IMG/VR virus record: IMGVR_UViG_3300031851_002880 | Location: 1-64,000 of that record | DNA: 64,000 nucleotides | Strand: one strand, 5' to 3' | From: a virus | Taxonomy: Duplodnaviria > Caudoviricetes | Part shown: piece after piece, positions 46,622-56,700 of the stretch | Layout: every line of letters starts with the position of its first letter | Numbering within the stretch: position 1 is the stretch's first letter | Notes under the pieces: model-generated | Database searches by the model: none | Told to the model about the DNA's origin: nothing | What the model saw: the letters and a program-made list of their open reading frames with translations, nothing else | Position numbers and translations under genes: made by a program

Positions 46622-47755
46622 TCATTTCATATGTCTAGTATTTCCGTAAGAAACATGTTGATTTGATCCTTCGTAACTGCGCCACGGATCAAATACAATA
46701 TAGTTACCTTCTGGTAACTTATCATTTTCATGTACTCTAACAACAACACTAGGAGTTTCATTTACTACCCAACCGCCTAGTTTTCTTACATAGTGTTGTA
46801 CAAGTAAACTATAACTACCGTCTACATATTCAACATCAGGTTTGTAACTATCGCTACTAAACTGTATTTTGTTTCCGTACTTTAATATTTCAATAGCCAT
46901 ATTTTTTGCTTGTATTTCTCTAGCATTCATTACACTATCAAATATGTCGTAGCCTAGATTTAGTTTATCTGCCATGTAGCGCAAAGCTATATTATCTCTT
47001 GGATGACATGCGCCGCCATCGCCCATTCCTGCTTTCATATAGCTTGGCCCCATAATACGCTGTGTACTATCACGTAATGCTCCTGTCACAACATCAACAT
47101 TAATGTTGCCTTGCTTTTGTGCAACATCTTGTACCATATTTACTAGTCCAATTTTTGTGCTAATAAAGGTATTGTAGAATACTTTGATACATTCACATTC
47201 GTCCCAAGTACCAATAACGTAGCGAGGATCATTTTCCATTATAGATTTATAAAAATCAACAAGTTGTTTTGCATCACCTGTTTCGGTACCATCTTCTGTA
47301 CCTATCATTACCATTTCAGGATTAACCATATCCCAAGCAACTGTTCCCATAGCAATCAAATAAGGATTGTATACAAAGCGTGTGTTAGTTACTAGCGGTA
47401 TAAACTCTCTACGCACTGTGCCAGGTAACACTGTGCTTATTAATACAAGTAATTGATCTTTTGTCATATGCTTGTTTGCTTCAGCAATTACTTCTTTAAC
47501 AATGTCGTATTGAAAATCTTTTGGCTCTAGATGTGCCGTTGGTGCTCTGCCATCGTAGTCTGGATCATGAGGTGTTGGTACAGCAACAAATACAATATCA
47601 GCACCATTAATTGCACCTTGGATTGTAGGGAACTGTGCTACATTATTATTGCCTCGTTTAGCAATATCATATCCAGTTACATTGTGTCCTTTTTCTGCAA
47701 TAACTTCTGCACAAGGCAGTCCAAGTTTCCCTAACCCGATAAATGCTATATTCAT
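46622..47755 (-). CDS. UDP-glucose/GDP-mannose 6-dehydrogenase family
   Basis: IGLGKLG, VAVPTP, STVLPGT, YNP, IKVFYN, GMGDGGACHPRD catalytic Cys motif. Confidence 0.9.
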   Translation of the reverse strand: MNIAFIGLGKLGLPCAEVIAEKGHNVTGYDIAKRGNNNVAQFPTIQGAINGADIVFVAVPTPHDPDYDGRAPTAHLEPKDFQYDIVKEVIAEANKHMTKDQLLVLISTVLPGTVRREFIPLVTNTRFVYNPYLIAMGTVAWDMVNPEMVMIGTEDGTETGDAKQLVDFYKSIMENDPRYVIGTWDECECIKVFYNTFISTKIGLVNMVQDVAQKQGNINVDVVTGALRDSTQRIMGPSYMKAGMGDGGACHPRDNIALRYMADKLNLGYDIFDSVMNAREIQAKNMAIEILKYGNKIQFSSDSYKPDVEYVDGSYSLLVQHYVRKLGGWVVNETPSVVVRVHENDKLPEGNYIVFDPWRSYEGSNQHVSYGNTRHMK

Positions 47756-48744
47756 TAAAATTTTACCTTATCTATAAATTGTCTATTCTTTACTGCTGCT
47801 CTCTGCAACATCTTTACATTATGTTCTAAGCGTGGCTTTAAACTAATTAATAGTTCTTTCAAATCTTTACGTTGCTTTAAGTTTTGTACTACATTACAAA
47901 TCCATTTAATTCTATCAGTATGCCATTGGTGTTTATATCCAGTGCCAAACAAATCGTCAAATGTATCAATGCCCCAACTATGGAGTATCTTATAAACGTT
48001 ATCATCACCTAGCACAACAAACGGACGCATACCTATAATAGGCTTAAACACCTTTTCACTAACAAATACATTAGTATGTATCGTAGTTTCGCTGACAATG
48101 TTGAGAAAGTGAGAATTCCAATTGCTGCGTAATCCTAAACTAGTAATATCATTTGTAATGCCGCCGGCATCACCTGCTACGCTTTCGTCACCTTCTTTAT
48201 TGACTACATCACTTTTAAGTGTTATCGGAACTTCTAGTCCATGATAGTCCCATGGATTCTCAAACTTTCCTAAACTTAGATATCCACAGTCCTGTAAACC
48301 TCTTGTTATTAAATGCTTTACTAAAAATATTCTATGCTCATGCGGCTTTCTATTTAGACACATATAAACTTTAGTAATATCATTATTTTCCATATCCATT
48401 ACATCAGCAGTTTCATACTTGTACCAGTTGTCATGTATAAAGTCTAGCCAAAAACTCCAATAATGATCTCCATCATAGTTTCCAAAGCGTACAACATTAG
48501 GATGCTTATCTATTGCTTCGTTTGCTTTTGTTCTGCATTTTCTGTTTTCCCAATCCGGACCACTATAACAAACTATTTTTTTAGGATTAGATGCAAGTAA
48601 TTCTTTAAGGTCATTGTCTTTTTCTATCCAAGTAGAATTTATAAATGAAACGCCTGGTCCACATTTTGATAATAGCTGTTGCTTAATTTTTTTGTCGTGC
48701 TGACCTATAATTGTGGTTGAGTCAAAACCTTTATCATAATGCAT
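47755..48744 (-). CDS. glycosyltransferase-like (exostosin/GT10-like GT-B C-terminal fold)
   Basis: MCLNRKPHEHR…NIVSET…SEKVFKPI…PFVV…DTF. Confidence 0.55.
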   Translation of the reverse strand: MHYDKGFDSTTIIGQHDKKIKQQLLSKCGPGVSFINSTWIEKDNDLKELLASNPKKIVCYSGPDWENRKCRTKANEAIDKHPNVVRFGNYDGDHYWSFWLDFIHDNWYKYETADVMDMENNDITKVYMCLNRKPHEHRIFLVKHLITRGLQDCGYLSLGKFENPWDYHGLEVPITLKSDVVNKEGDESVAGDAGGITNDITSLGLRSNWNSHFLNIVSETTIHTNVFVSEKVFKPIIGMRPFVVLGDDNVYKILHSWGIDTFDDLFGTGYKHQWHTDRIKWICNVVQNLKQRKDLKELLISLKPRLEHNVKMLQRAAVKNRQFIDKVKF

Positions 48745-50053
48745 GAGTATTCTCCAGCCAAGTCATTACATTTACCCACTTTTGCTTTCCTTTATGTTCA
48801 AAGAAAACATTTCGATTGTGTACACATTTGTCTTTTATGTATTGACTTCCTAATATGTGATCTTTATTGCCGTCGACAATATTTTGTACATTTCTCAAAA
48901 GCAAATCACTCCTTTGTCTTATGTCAGTAATTTTGTCATACTCCTCATCAAATAATTCAGGAAATGTTTCATATCCATAGTGACGTAGAAAGTGTAGTGT
49001 GTTTACTTGGCTTGCAACTAAGAAAGGATGAAAATTAACAATTGGCTGATAAATTTTTTCTGTTATGAAAAGTACGTCTTCTACATTTACAGGTTCGTAT
49101 GTTGTTTCTGTAACAAAAGAAAAATCACTATCTAAATAATGATGATTAATTAATGCACGTTGATTGTATCCTTGTTCTATTTCAGTTCCGTCATAATCAA
49201 TAATGTAAGGAGCATCTTGTAGGAACATGTTTAATGGCTGTTCAAGGCTTTTGTGATGTTCTTCATTTAAACAATATTTGTCAATACTTTCATACATTGC
49301 ATCAGTATGAAATCTATCTACATGAGGTTCAAAATATCTATTCAACCAACTGTAATAACTATGTCTTAGTAAATCACGTTTATAAAATTCCGCTGCAAAG
49401 AATACACGTTGATGTCTTGGATTGGCATTCTTAAATATAAACCGTTTGCTTTTTGGAGCATCGTAGTTTAGAAACGTGTCTACATCTAATGGCTTATCGT
49501 CCATTTGTGTAATTTCCATATTATACGTTGCTTCAAAACTGTCCATACCATATACGTTAATTTCACTGTAGCCTTTTCTCTTTCGCCAAGCTGCAAAATT
49601 TTTCTGTATGTTTATATCACCAAACACAAGAAAAACTTTATGTGCAGGTATTGCTAAGTCTTTAACACAGAAATCAATAATTTCCATAAACCTTGGCATA
49701 GTTAAACTAAAGCCTTCATTTGGAAACCATAATAGTAACTTTAGTTTACTATCTAAATCACGTATTAGATTCAATGGCTCTTCATCAATATGTTCAAATA
49801 CATTACGATATACAAATGCATGGTCAATCCAATCAATTTCAATATGATAGAAAGCTGGCTGTCCTACATAGTCCTTAGGAGTAGTACGCTGAACAGGTAT
49901 ATCTAGATAGTCACATACTTCTGTAATAAACTTTGGCTTTACACTCTTAAATTGATTGTACTTATATGCTTCTCTAGTACGCAACTCTTTAGGAACACCA
50001 TTTGGTATCCATTTCTCGCCAACAACTCCGGATTGGTAATACAGCGTTATCAT
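48734..50053 (-). CDS. glycosyltransferase-like (paralog of 47755 and 50853)
   Basis: NANPRHQR…FVTET…ITEKIYQPI…PFLV…GYETF…DEEYD. Confidence 0.55.
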   Translation of the reverse strand: MITLYYQSGVVGEKWIPNGVPKELRTREAYKYNQFKSVKPKFITEVCDYLDIPVQRTTPKDYVGQPAFYHIEIDWIDHAFVYRNVFEHIDEEPLNLIRDLDSKLKLLLWFPNEGFSLTMPRFMEIIDFCVKDLAIPAHKVFLVFGDINIQKNFAAWRKRKGYSEINVYGMDSFEATYNMEITQMDDKPLDVDTFLNYDAPKSKRFIFKNANPRHQRVFFAAEFYKRDLLRHSYYSWLNRYFEPHVDRFHTDAMYESIDKYCLNEEHHKSLEQPLNMFLQDAPYIIDYDGTEIEQGYNQRALINHHYLDSDFSFVTETTYEPVNVEDVLFITEKIYQPIVNFHPFLVASQVNTLHFLRHYGYETFPELFDEEYDKITDIRQRSDLLLRNVQNIVDGNKDHILGSQYIKDKCVHNRNVFFEHKGKQKWVNVMTWLENTHAL

Positions 50054-50862
50054 GTGTATGCTCCTTTAAAGTGTGGTAGCCAAAAGTTTTGTACAAAATC
50101 TTCGTGTGCTTCGTAACTAGGATGATTATCGTATCCATCGTCCCATGTGTTTAGATTATTGAGTGTATACTCTCGAAGCCCGCCGTCTTCATTGTCTGTA
50201 AACAAAAACTTATTCCAATGTATTTCATCTTGTAAAGTTACAAACTGATCAGCACACCATGTTTTGTATTCTTTTACAAATGCTCTGAATGTAGTAAATC
50301 TATATTCCCAACCTTTAAGTTCGCACATCTGTTGAACAAGCAAAATATTCGAAAGTGTTTGATGCCACATAGCATTTTGATTCCACATAAACTTTGAGTA
50401 AGATCTAAATGCATCTACATACTGTATGTCAATATCAAAGTTATTGCTCCACCTTGTTTTTTCACTAACGTTACCGCCATTCAATAACCAATAATTTCCT
50501 GTTATTTTTTGAATGTCACCGTTTGCACTTGTTAGTGCATATACTCCGGGATTCATATCGTTATTAGATTCAGTATTGTTTTGGAATAACATATCTACAT
50601 AAGGTGTTTCTGTTTCATGTAGTGGAAATTCGCTTCTAGTAGGAGAACTCCACATGATGCTTATGTCAGGCGTGAATCCTTCTCGTTCTGCTTTCAATGC
50701 ACAGTCAATTACAGCACTTGCAATAAATTTATTGCCGGCTCCGCTTTTACTTACATTCCGAGAATTGTTATAGTTAAGTAAATCACGTTGGATAACTCTT
50801 GCCCAGCTATTATGCATGTCTGTAAAGCTACATCCTCCGAATATATGAAATTTTACAGCCAT
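50050..50862 (-). CDS. SGNH/GDSL-like hydrolase or acyltransferase
   Basis: GGCSFT block I, SGAGN block II, C-terminal DNHPS…H. Confidence 0.65.
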   Translation of the reverse strand: MAVKFHIFGGCSFTDMHNSWARVIQRDLLNYNNSRNVSKSGAGNKFIASAVIDCALKAEREGFTPDISIMWSSPTRSEFPLHETETPYVDMLFQNNTESNNDMNPGVYALTSANGDIQKITGNYWLLNGGNVSEKTRWSNNFDIDIQYVDAFRSYSKFMWNQNAMWHQTLSNILLVQQMCELKGWEYRFTTFRAFVKEYKTWCADQFVTLQDEIHWNKFLFTDNEDGGLREYTLNNLNTWDDGYDNHPSYEAHEDFVQNFWLPHFKGAYT

Positions 50863-51833
50863 GTTTGTATTTCCTCATTTGATATCTTCATTTGTAAAAA
50901 TCGTTGCTGATTATACTTTAGTCTTTGTTGTATATCATTTTTATCTATTGAATCTATGCTATTAAGATATTTACTTAGACTGTGTATTGCACTGTTGAAT
51001 CTTGATACATCTTCGTGAATTGTATCGTATGTGTTGTCTAGTATATCGTCAAATGTATCATATCCTTGTTGCCTTAAGAATTCTAATAAATTAGGCTGTC
51101 CTATATACAATGCTAGATGGCAGTTTGCAATAGGCTTCCAAGTTTTTTCTGTTATAAATAATCCTCGACTAGCTTCAGGATACGTTTCAGTTACTAAACT
51201 AATACTTGTTTCTTCATATATCCATTTATTATGTAATCTATCATTTTTGTGTATCTCGCCATTTGATCTATCAACAACTAGATGACGATGGCTGTTACGC
51301 ATGTGGTCAATTTCTGGTGTATCTTTTTTGTATATTTCTTTAAATGTATCGTAGTGATAATTGTTATCAAGCTGGTTATACCTATTTAGGAAACTTACTA
51401 ATCCAGTATCATACAACCCTGTGTCGTATAACATTTGTAGGGTATAGTAACGATGCCAGTCAGGCCTTCCATTCAAGCACAAAAACTTTTTAGCAAATGT
51501 ATTTTGATTATTTGTTTGTACTCCTAATTCCTTTATATGTGTAAGATAGTCGTATGCCCAGTAATTAAAGAATATGCCTTTAGACATATTTGCGTTACAG
51601 TGAATTACTTTGCCAAAGTTGTTGAAGTAATCAATATCTATATATGCAGGATCTCCTTCAGTATGAAATATTACTAGCGGAGTATCTTTGTCATATTCTA
51701 TATTACCTTTGCCTTCTATATGCTCACATATCTGCAGATTGCCATTAAAGTCTGAATATTTTTCAATGACAGAACCTAGTCTATTAGTATCAAGACACTC
51801 AAATGTACCTTTTGCTAAAGTAATTTTTGCCAT
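50853..51833 (-). CDS. glycosyltransferase-like (paralog of 47755 and 48734)
   Basis: FLCLNGRPDWHR…LVTET…ITEKTWKPI…GYDTF…YD. Confidence 0.55.
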   Translation of the reverse strand: MAKITLAKGTFECLDTNRLGSVIEKYSDFNGNLQICEHIEGKGNIEYDKDTPLVIFHTEGDPAYIDIDYFNNFGKVIHCNANMSKGIFFNYWAYDYLTHIKELGVQTNNQNTFAKKFLCLNGRPDWHRYYTLQMLYDTGLYDTGLVSFLNRYNQLDNNYHYDTFKEIYKKDTPEIDHMRNSHRHLVVDRSNGEIHKNDRLHNKWIYEETSISLVTETYPEASRGLFITEKTWKPIANCHLALYIGQPNLLEFLRQQGYDTFDDILDNTYDTIHEDVSRFNSAIHSLSKYLNSIDSIDKNDIQQRLKYNQQRFLQMKISNEEIQTWL

Positions 51834-52672
51834 AAACTTACACTTTCAAATCCGTTTTGCGTGCCGCTAGTATTACATCCTTTACACGCTGCTAAACTAC
51901 TTCGGTTACCTTTGTCTAATTTTTTTCTAACTTCAACAAATTGTTCACTATTCCATAATTCACTAAATGCTGTATTGTTAATATTTCCAAATGGTTGTTG
52001 TTTCCTACTCCAATCGTTACAGCATAACCGGACTTGTCCGTCCCAGTCTATAAATGCTTTGTAAAATGGTAACCAACAAGGCCTAAATACAGTTTCTTCT
52101 TTTGATACTAGTCCTCCTCGGTTATTGTAATTGTATTGTTCAATCAAATCCGGACTACCAGTATCGTGATGATTTCGTATACGATAACTTATGTTACAAT
52201 CTTGCAATAGATCTTGCACTTTGTTGTACTGTTCATTGCCATCATAACAATCAACAATAAGCATACTAAGTCCTGCATCAGATAATTGTGTGTGAGTTAA
52301 TTGGCCTGACAAGAGTCTATCGCCGTTAGTAATAATTTCTGTGTAGTATACAGAAAATATCTTTATAAGTTCAAGTATCTGTGGATTGAGAGTAGGTTCG
52401 CCAAATCCTGTTATATGTATGTCGCCAGTATAATTTGCTGCTTGCAATCCTTTGACAAGATTGTTTGCTGTGTCTAATGTCATTTGTAAATTTTGATTAG
52501 GATATACCGCAGGATTACTACGTGGACAAAAACTGCACGTTCTATTACATAACTCAGTAGGATTAACTTCAACAACTCCTAAGCCTAGTAGTAAAGGATT
52601 ACCAATGTTAGCTTTTAGATATCTGTTGTTCCTATAACTAATATGGTCTTGGACATTAAAATTTTGAGACAT
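51815..52672 (-). CDS. radical SAM/SPASM domain protein
   Basis: ELCNRTCSFCPR; GFGEP; NNRGG; PCWLP…LCCND…GNI…ACKGC. Confidence 0.9.
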   Translation of the reverse strand: MSQNFNVQDHISYRNNRYLKANIGNPLLLGLGVVEVNPTELCNRTCSFCPRSNPAVYPNQNLQMTLDTANNLVKGLQAANYTGDIHITGFGEPTLNPQILELIKIFSVYYTEIITNGDRLLSGQLTHTQLSDAGLSMLIVDCYDGNEQYNKVQDLLQDCNISYRIRNHHDTGSPDLIEQYNYNNRGGLVSKEETVFRPCWLPFYKAFIDWDGQVRLCCNDWSRKQQPFGNINNTAFSELWNSEQFVEVRKKLDKGNRSSLAACKGCNTSGTQNGFESVSLWQKLL

Positions 52673-53702
52673 AACTATCAGGAATAATAAGTTTATTACT
52701 CCAATCAATTCCTTTTCGATTTGCAGGATGCTCGTTGTTTATAATCACAATACTTTTGTCTTTTGTATGTGTTACACACTTTTGCGGGTCAACAAATAAT
52801 AATAGTTCAAATATATCACCTAAGAATTCTTTTTCTATATGTATACTAATACCACTATACGCACACTTGCTTGGCAATTCTTCCATTGGTAAGTTGCATT
52901 GTAGTAAATCAAATTTATTAAATAGCCCTTTAGTACGATCAAAGAATTTAAAGTTTAACATGTCCGTATGCACTTTGCAGTCAGTTGGATTGTTTACTAC
53001 CATAGGCAAACTTCTAAACACTAAATCACTCCATTGATCTAATTTAATTTGTGTAAAGCCTTCAAAGTTTGTTGGCATAAGTTTTTCGGGCCAAGCGTCA
53101 GAACCTAAAAATTCGTATGTAAAGTCTTTGGTTGTTTTACCAGTATCTACACTGTTAACAAATAAACGTTCCTCAACTTCTGTTCTAAACAATATTGTAT
53201 CGCTACTCAGTAAACTTTTGCGCAATGTTTCTTCATCAGTTATTACAACACCTTTATCACGTAGTTCTTTAAATGCATTTTGTTCTTTATGTACAGTAAG
53301 CATTAAAGGCATTGTCTTACAATTAAGAAACTTTGCTGCTACACACCTATTGGTTCCGGGATGAACCATATATGTTCCATCGTCCATATGATTTACTGCC
53401 TTGACACTATTCTTCCATCCGGTCTGACAATAGCTTTGTACTAACCAAAGTATTTTTTCAAAATGATGTACAACTATGTTTTCACCGCCCATTGGTGTAA
53501 TTAATGCTTTAACTGAAAAATCTTCAACTACACTTTTTGCAATACTCTTATCACCATGCGGATTTTCTAACAGCCAATCATGTAATCTATCTTCGTCAAA
53601 CTTTAGCCACCAACGTAATGTCTCCATTGGTGCTTCAAATAATATTACAACGTGGTCATCAAACCAATCTTTATCAAAGAAATCTTTACCTTGAGTAGAC
53701 AT
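52656..53702 (-). CDS. hypothetical protein, possible ParB/Srx-like domain
   Basis: AGGAG RBS; LVQSY…GW…YMVHPGTNRCVAAKFL resembles the ParB/Srx G-x-x-R-x-x-A core. Confidence 0.5.
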   Translation of the reverse strand: MSTQGKDFFDKDWFDDHVVILFEAPMETLRWWLKFDEDRLHDWLLENPHGDKSIAKSVVEDFSVKALITPMGGENIVVHHFEKILWLVQSYCQTGWKNSVKAVNHMDDGTYMVHPGTNRCVAAKFLNCKTMPLMLTVHKEQNAFKELRDKGVVITDEETLRKSLLSSDTILFRTEVEERLFVNSVDTGKTTKDFTYEFLGSDAWPEKLMPTNFEGFTQIKLDQWSDLVFRSLPMVVNNPTDCKVHTDMLNFKFFDRTKGLFNKFDLLQCNLPMEELPSKCAYSGISIHIEKEFLGDIFELLLFVDPQKCVTHTKDKSIVIINNEHPANRKGIDWSNKLIIPDSYVSKF

Positions 53703-53703
53703 A

Positions 53704-54819
53704 TTACTCTCCTAATAATAGTGTGTTTAGTTCAGGAAATACTTGTGCAAAATTTTCTTCCCTGTGTTTATCTAATATATGCGTATATTTAAAGAAACTA
53801 TCAATTGCTCCGTTGCAATTAGACATTTGATCTGCAAATGGTTTGAATTTATCATTGCTAAGTTTATCTTTAATTACTTGATGTGCATGTTGAGGTATTG
53901 CTTGCACATTATAGTGCTTAGGCCCATGTAGTGCGTTTAAGAACAACCGGTCTTCAGGAAGACCAAGTGTGTTAAACCATTGTTGAAATTCTGGCAAATA
54001 TAATATATTAAAAATATTTACAGTGTGGCAAATACTTGTGTGCAAGAACGGTTGTTCATTTGCAAAACGCAGATTACTTTCAGCTTCTTTCCAAACTGCT
54101 GGATGACGTTGGTATTCAAACTGTTTGCCTGTGCCGTCAATACTAAACATAAGTTCAACCCATTTAAATTCTTTCCAAAGATCTAACATTTTTTGTGTGG
54201 GCTTTATTGTAGTATTAGTATTATAGTGTAAACTAATTTTATGTGCATGACCTCTTTCTACACACTTTTCTAATAATTCAAAATGTTTCTTAATTAATAA
54301 AGGTTCACCGCCTGTGAAATCTAGCCATTCAATATACTCAATTACTCTTTCAAGGTCACGCCAAATAGGACTATTATCTTCTATCCAGTAACTTTTAAGG
54401 TTAGGATTAAGAACTTCTCCGTATAATAATTTTTCATCTTCGGCCCATTTGAAACTGCTAAAGCTACTACATATTCTGCACTTTAAATTACACACTGTTC
54501 CTAGCTTTAGATCATAATAGATAGGCGGACCTAGTTTTCCAATCCTATGAAACATATGTTCAAAGCGTTCATTATCTGCTTGACGTTTACTACGTATACC
54601 CTGCGATTCGTTTTTCCAACATTGGTTACAACCAGCAGGTTTCTTTCCTGCTAAGAAATCTTTGCGCAATGTTTTCATTTCTTCACTAGACCAGATTTTG
54701 CTTAGACCGTCTGTGCCAAAGTGTCCTACAGGCGGGCCTTCATATAAGCAACAAGGCTTTGCATTGCCTACTGCATCAGCTTCAATATGTATCCAAGGAT
54801 TTATACAAATATCACTCAA
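53704..54819 (-). CDS. radical SAM protein with N-terminal twitch/SPASM-like domain
   Basis: CINPW…KPCC…GCNQC; DLKLGTVCNLKCRIC…SFKW; TGGEP. Confidence 0.9.
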   Translation of the reverse strand: MSDICINPWIHIEADAVGNAKPCCLYEGPPVGHFGTDGLSKIWSSEEMKTLRKDFLAGKKPAGCNQCWKNESQGIRSKRQADNERFEHMFHRIGKLGPPIYYDLKLGTVCNLKCRICSSFSSFKWAEDEKLLYGEVLNPNLKSYWIEDNSPIWRDLERVIEYIEWLDFTGGEPLLIKKHFELLEKCVERGHAHKISLHYNTNTTIKPTQKMLDLWKEFKWVELMFSIDGTGKQFEYQRHPAVWKEAESNLRFANEQPFLHTSICHTVNIFNILYLPEFQQWFNTLGLPEDRLFLNALHGPKHYNVQAIPQHAHQVIKDKLSNDKFKPFADQMSNCNGAIDSFFKYTHILDKHREENFAQVFPELNTLLLGE

Positions 54820-55513
54820 TTGCGCTCCTAACCATAGGGTATATATATTCGTCTGCTACAAGTTTGTGTCCTTGAGGTGATATATGATAACCATTGTCAA
54901 TGTAATGATTATTATCTAAAAAGTTGTGTACACTATCTTGATGTACCGGTACTGGTAGTACTTTTTCTACATCTATAGGCGTTGGTACCCACGGAAAGAA
55001 TATAATCTTGTCACCAAAGTTTTCTATATAAGATTTAAGCATATCTAGTTGACACATTAATTGTTCGGTAGCCAATGTACTAAATGTATGATTTTCGTAT
55101 AAGAATTTTGTAGTAGTGTCAATATCACTTTTCTTACTTAAACTATTAGAGTATTCACCTACAGTAATCTTGTGTGTCTTTTCTTCTGTTATTCCCCAAA
55201 GGCGTGTATGCTTGCCTTCTCGTGTCCATACTGGTTGTTCTAGATTGTCATGAAATCGGTTGTCTAGAAAATTTTTCTTACCACTAATAGATATTTGCAT
55301 TCTATCAAATGTAGTTAACTGAAACAAAACAACTTTTGGTTTATACTTTTGGTAAAGTCTATATGCTGAGTATACTGCATACGCATTGTCTATGCCGGCA
55401 TGTCCGCCATTTATAACTGTTGTTCCGCACTTGTCTTGTAGATAAGCCGAAAAAGTTTCATTTGATTCTACACCAGTACCAAACGTCCAGCTGCATCCAA
55501 TAGTAAGTATCAT
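54812..55513 (-). CDS. SGNH/GDSL-like hydrolase or acyltransferase
   Basis: IGCSWTFG, NGGHAG, DNGYHIS…GH. Confidence 0.7.
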   Translation of the reverse strand: MILTIGCSWTFGTGVESNETFSAYLQDKCGTTVINGGHAGIDNAYAVYSAYRLYQKYKPKVVLFQLTTFDRMQISISGKKNFLDNRFHDNLEQPVWTREGKHTRLWGITEEKTHKITVGEYSNSLSKKSDIDTTTKFLYENHTFSTLATEQLMCQLDMLKSYIENFGDKIIFFPWVPTPIDVEKVLPVPVHQDSVHNFLDNNHYIDNGYHISPQGHKLVADEYIYPMVRSAIE

Positions 55514-56700
55514 TTTACCAAGTCCTGTAATTCAGGAAATGTTTCTGCAAAATTTTCATTCCTAATTATGTCTACCATTTCTATGTTTTTCTTAAACTCT
55601 AGTATTAGATGAGATGTATCTGCATCATTCATAAATTTTGCAACTGATAAGAATCCACGCTCAACTCTTTCTTCGCCCCATCTCTTACACTTTTCTGCCA
55701 TATCTGTATATTTTTTAGTTAATTCTTTTTTCATGCTTGCAGGTAGTATTTGTAAACTTAGATGCTCAGGATGATGGACAATGTTAATATGAAAGTCTCT
55801 TGGGTGTCCTATAAAGTTATCTTCTAATGCCCATTCGTAGAAATCTGTCATATGAAATGCATTTTGTACACTAACTGTAAAGTTAATAAAAAAGTTTATA
55901 TCAGGTGCTTTTTGTATTATTGCTTTTCTATTAGCAACAATCTTATTCCAGTCAGTGCCTTTACGTATATATTCTGCTCTTGCGCCGTAGCCATCTATAC
56001 TTGCTCCTACATGTACGTTATCAAATCTAGGCCAAATGTCAAGAACATCAAGTTTTTTGTATCTTAACTGGCTAAGATTAGTATTATAACGAATGATAGT
56101 ATCGTACTTTTGCATTTCATCTAGTTTATTTAAGATACGGTAATGTTCTTCCATTAGTAATGGCTCGCCGCCAGCAAAATAAATATCTTCTACTTTATCA
56201 AATAACGGTTCTATTTGATTCCACATGTTAATATTTTTACCTGGGTCAGGTAAGTCATTAGGTAATTGACCCCACATCTTTTTTTGATCTTCGTACCAAC
56301 CTGTACTTAACTGTGGACCGCAACTTCTGCAACGCATATTACATATATTAGAAAATCTAAAGTCCCAGTAGTGTATACTTAAATCGTCTAAACTTCCGTC
56401 AGCATTTGTTGTTTGTAATAGATCCATATGATGTGAAAAAGTCTCATTCATATGTGTACGCAAACTTGTTCCGCCGTTTGATTCATTAATAAAGCAACGT
56501 TTACAACTTGCCGGTTGTTCATTGTTAAGAAACTGTGTACGTAGCTTTTTCATATCCTTGCCATTCCAAATTTCAGCAAGAGTATTTTCATTTAGATTAC
56601 CGACTGAATCTTCCATTGCTGTTAAGCAACAAGGATATACATCGTTGTTAGGCCATGTATGTAAATGTATCCACGGTGATATGCATTTGTTGTCAGTCAT
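55510..56700 (-). CDS. radical SAM protein with N-terminal twitch/SPASM-like domain
   Basis: CISPW…YPCC…SCKRC; DFRFSNICNMRCRSC…STGW; AGGEP. Confidence 0.9.
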   Translation of the reverse strand: MTDNKCISPWIHLHTWPNNDVYPCCLTAMEDSVGNLNENTLAEIWNGKDMKKLRTQFLNNEQPASCKRCFINESNGGTSLRTHMNETFSHHMDLLQTTNADGSLDDLSIHYWDFRFSNICNMRCRSCGPQLSTGWYEDQKKMWGQLPNDLPDPGKNINMWNQIEPLFDKVEDIYFAGGEPLLMEEHYRILNKLDEMQKYDTIIRYNTNLSQLRYKKLDVLDIWPRFDNVHVGASIDGYGARAEYIRKGTDWNKIVANRKAIIQKAPDINFFINFTVSVQNAFHMTDFYEWALEDNFIGHPRDFHINIVHHPEHLSLQILPASMKKELTKKYTDMAEKCKRWGEERVERGFLSVAKFMNDADTSHLILEFKKNIEMVDIIRNENFAETFPELQDLVK

